Part shown: positions 63,772 through 64,000 of the stretch, one piece after another
How the letters are laid out: each line of letters opens with the position of its first letter
Position numbering within the stretch: the first letter of the stretch is position 1
Assembly: GCA_030141605.1 (NCBI GenBank)
Contig: JAQGDQ010000207.1
Coordinates: 101,347 to 165,346, forward strand
Reading direction: 5' to 3'
Origin: Tubiluchus corallicola
Taxonomy: Eukaryota > Animalia > Priapulida
Length of the DNA: 64,000 nucleotides
Notes under the pieces: model-generated
Told to the model about the DNA's origin: nothing
The model's database searches: none
Seen by the model: only the letters and a program-made list of their open reading frames with translations
Position numbers and translations under genes: made by a program

Positions 63772-64000
63772 CTGAAAGAAAAAAAGGTGCTGTGAAGTCG
63801 CAATTTTTAAAACAGGGAAAAGGAAGAGAAAGAAAAATGGATAAGGCAGGAGAAGAAGGAGAGAAAAATTATGAGCTTAGAAAACATTGACAGTTACTGA
63901 GTCACTTCTTCAAATAAGCTTGCAGACTGTTTCGATCATACGTCGGAGATGCTTAAAGGAGAAGGAAAACGGGCACCTGGAGAAGGAAAAGGAAGTAGGT

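Overview
AT-rich, intron- and transposon-rich invertebrate animal genomic DNA (lineage not determinable with certainty; lophotrochozoan-like gene and repeat content). Genes reconstructed by hand from GT-AG sites and codon phases: PPTC7 (minus, 7 exons, 905..25128, 298 aa) head-to-head with DPH2 (plus, 6 coding exons, 26214..34367, 478 aa); an orphan single-pass membrane protein (41825..42394); a 3-exon secreted, acidic, Gly/Tyr-rich protein with three 105-aa repeats and no Lys/Cys/Trp in the mature chain (47708..54311, 717 aa); and the last two coding exons of a class A neuropeptide-type GPCR (63660..63771 and 59302..59724). The most striking feature is that the 3.9-kb intron between those two GPCR exons contains a complete, intronless second GPCR (59861..61252) on the SAME strand. 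Its stop lies 136 nt upstream of the host's TM6-TM7 exon with no AATAAA in between, so the two receptors may share a 3' end. The rest is MITEs (Tigger/pogo, hAT, piggyBac, mariner, foldback), LINE 3' remnants, tRNA- and 5S-derived SINE remnants and minisatellites. All family assignments come from motif recognition; no database searches were run.
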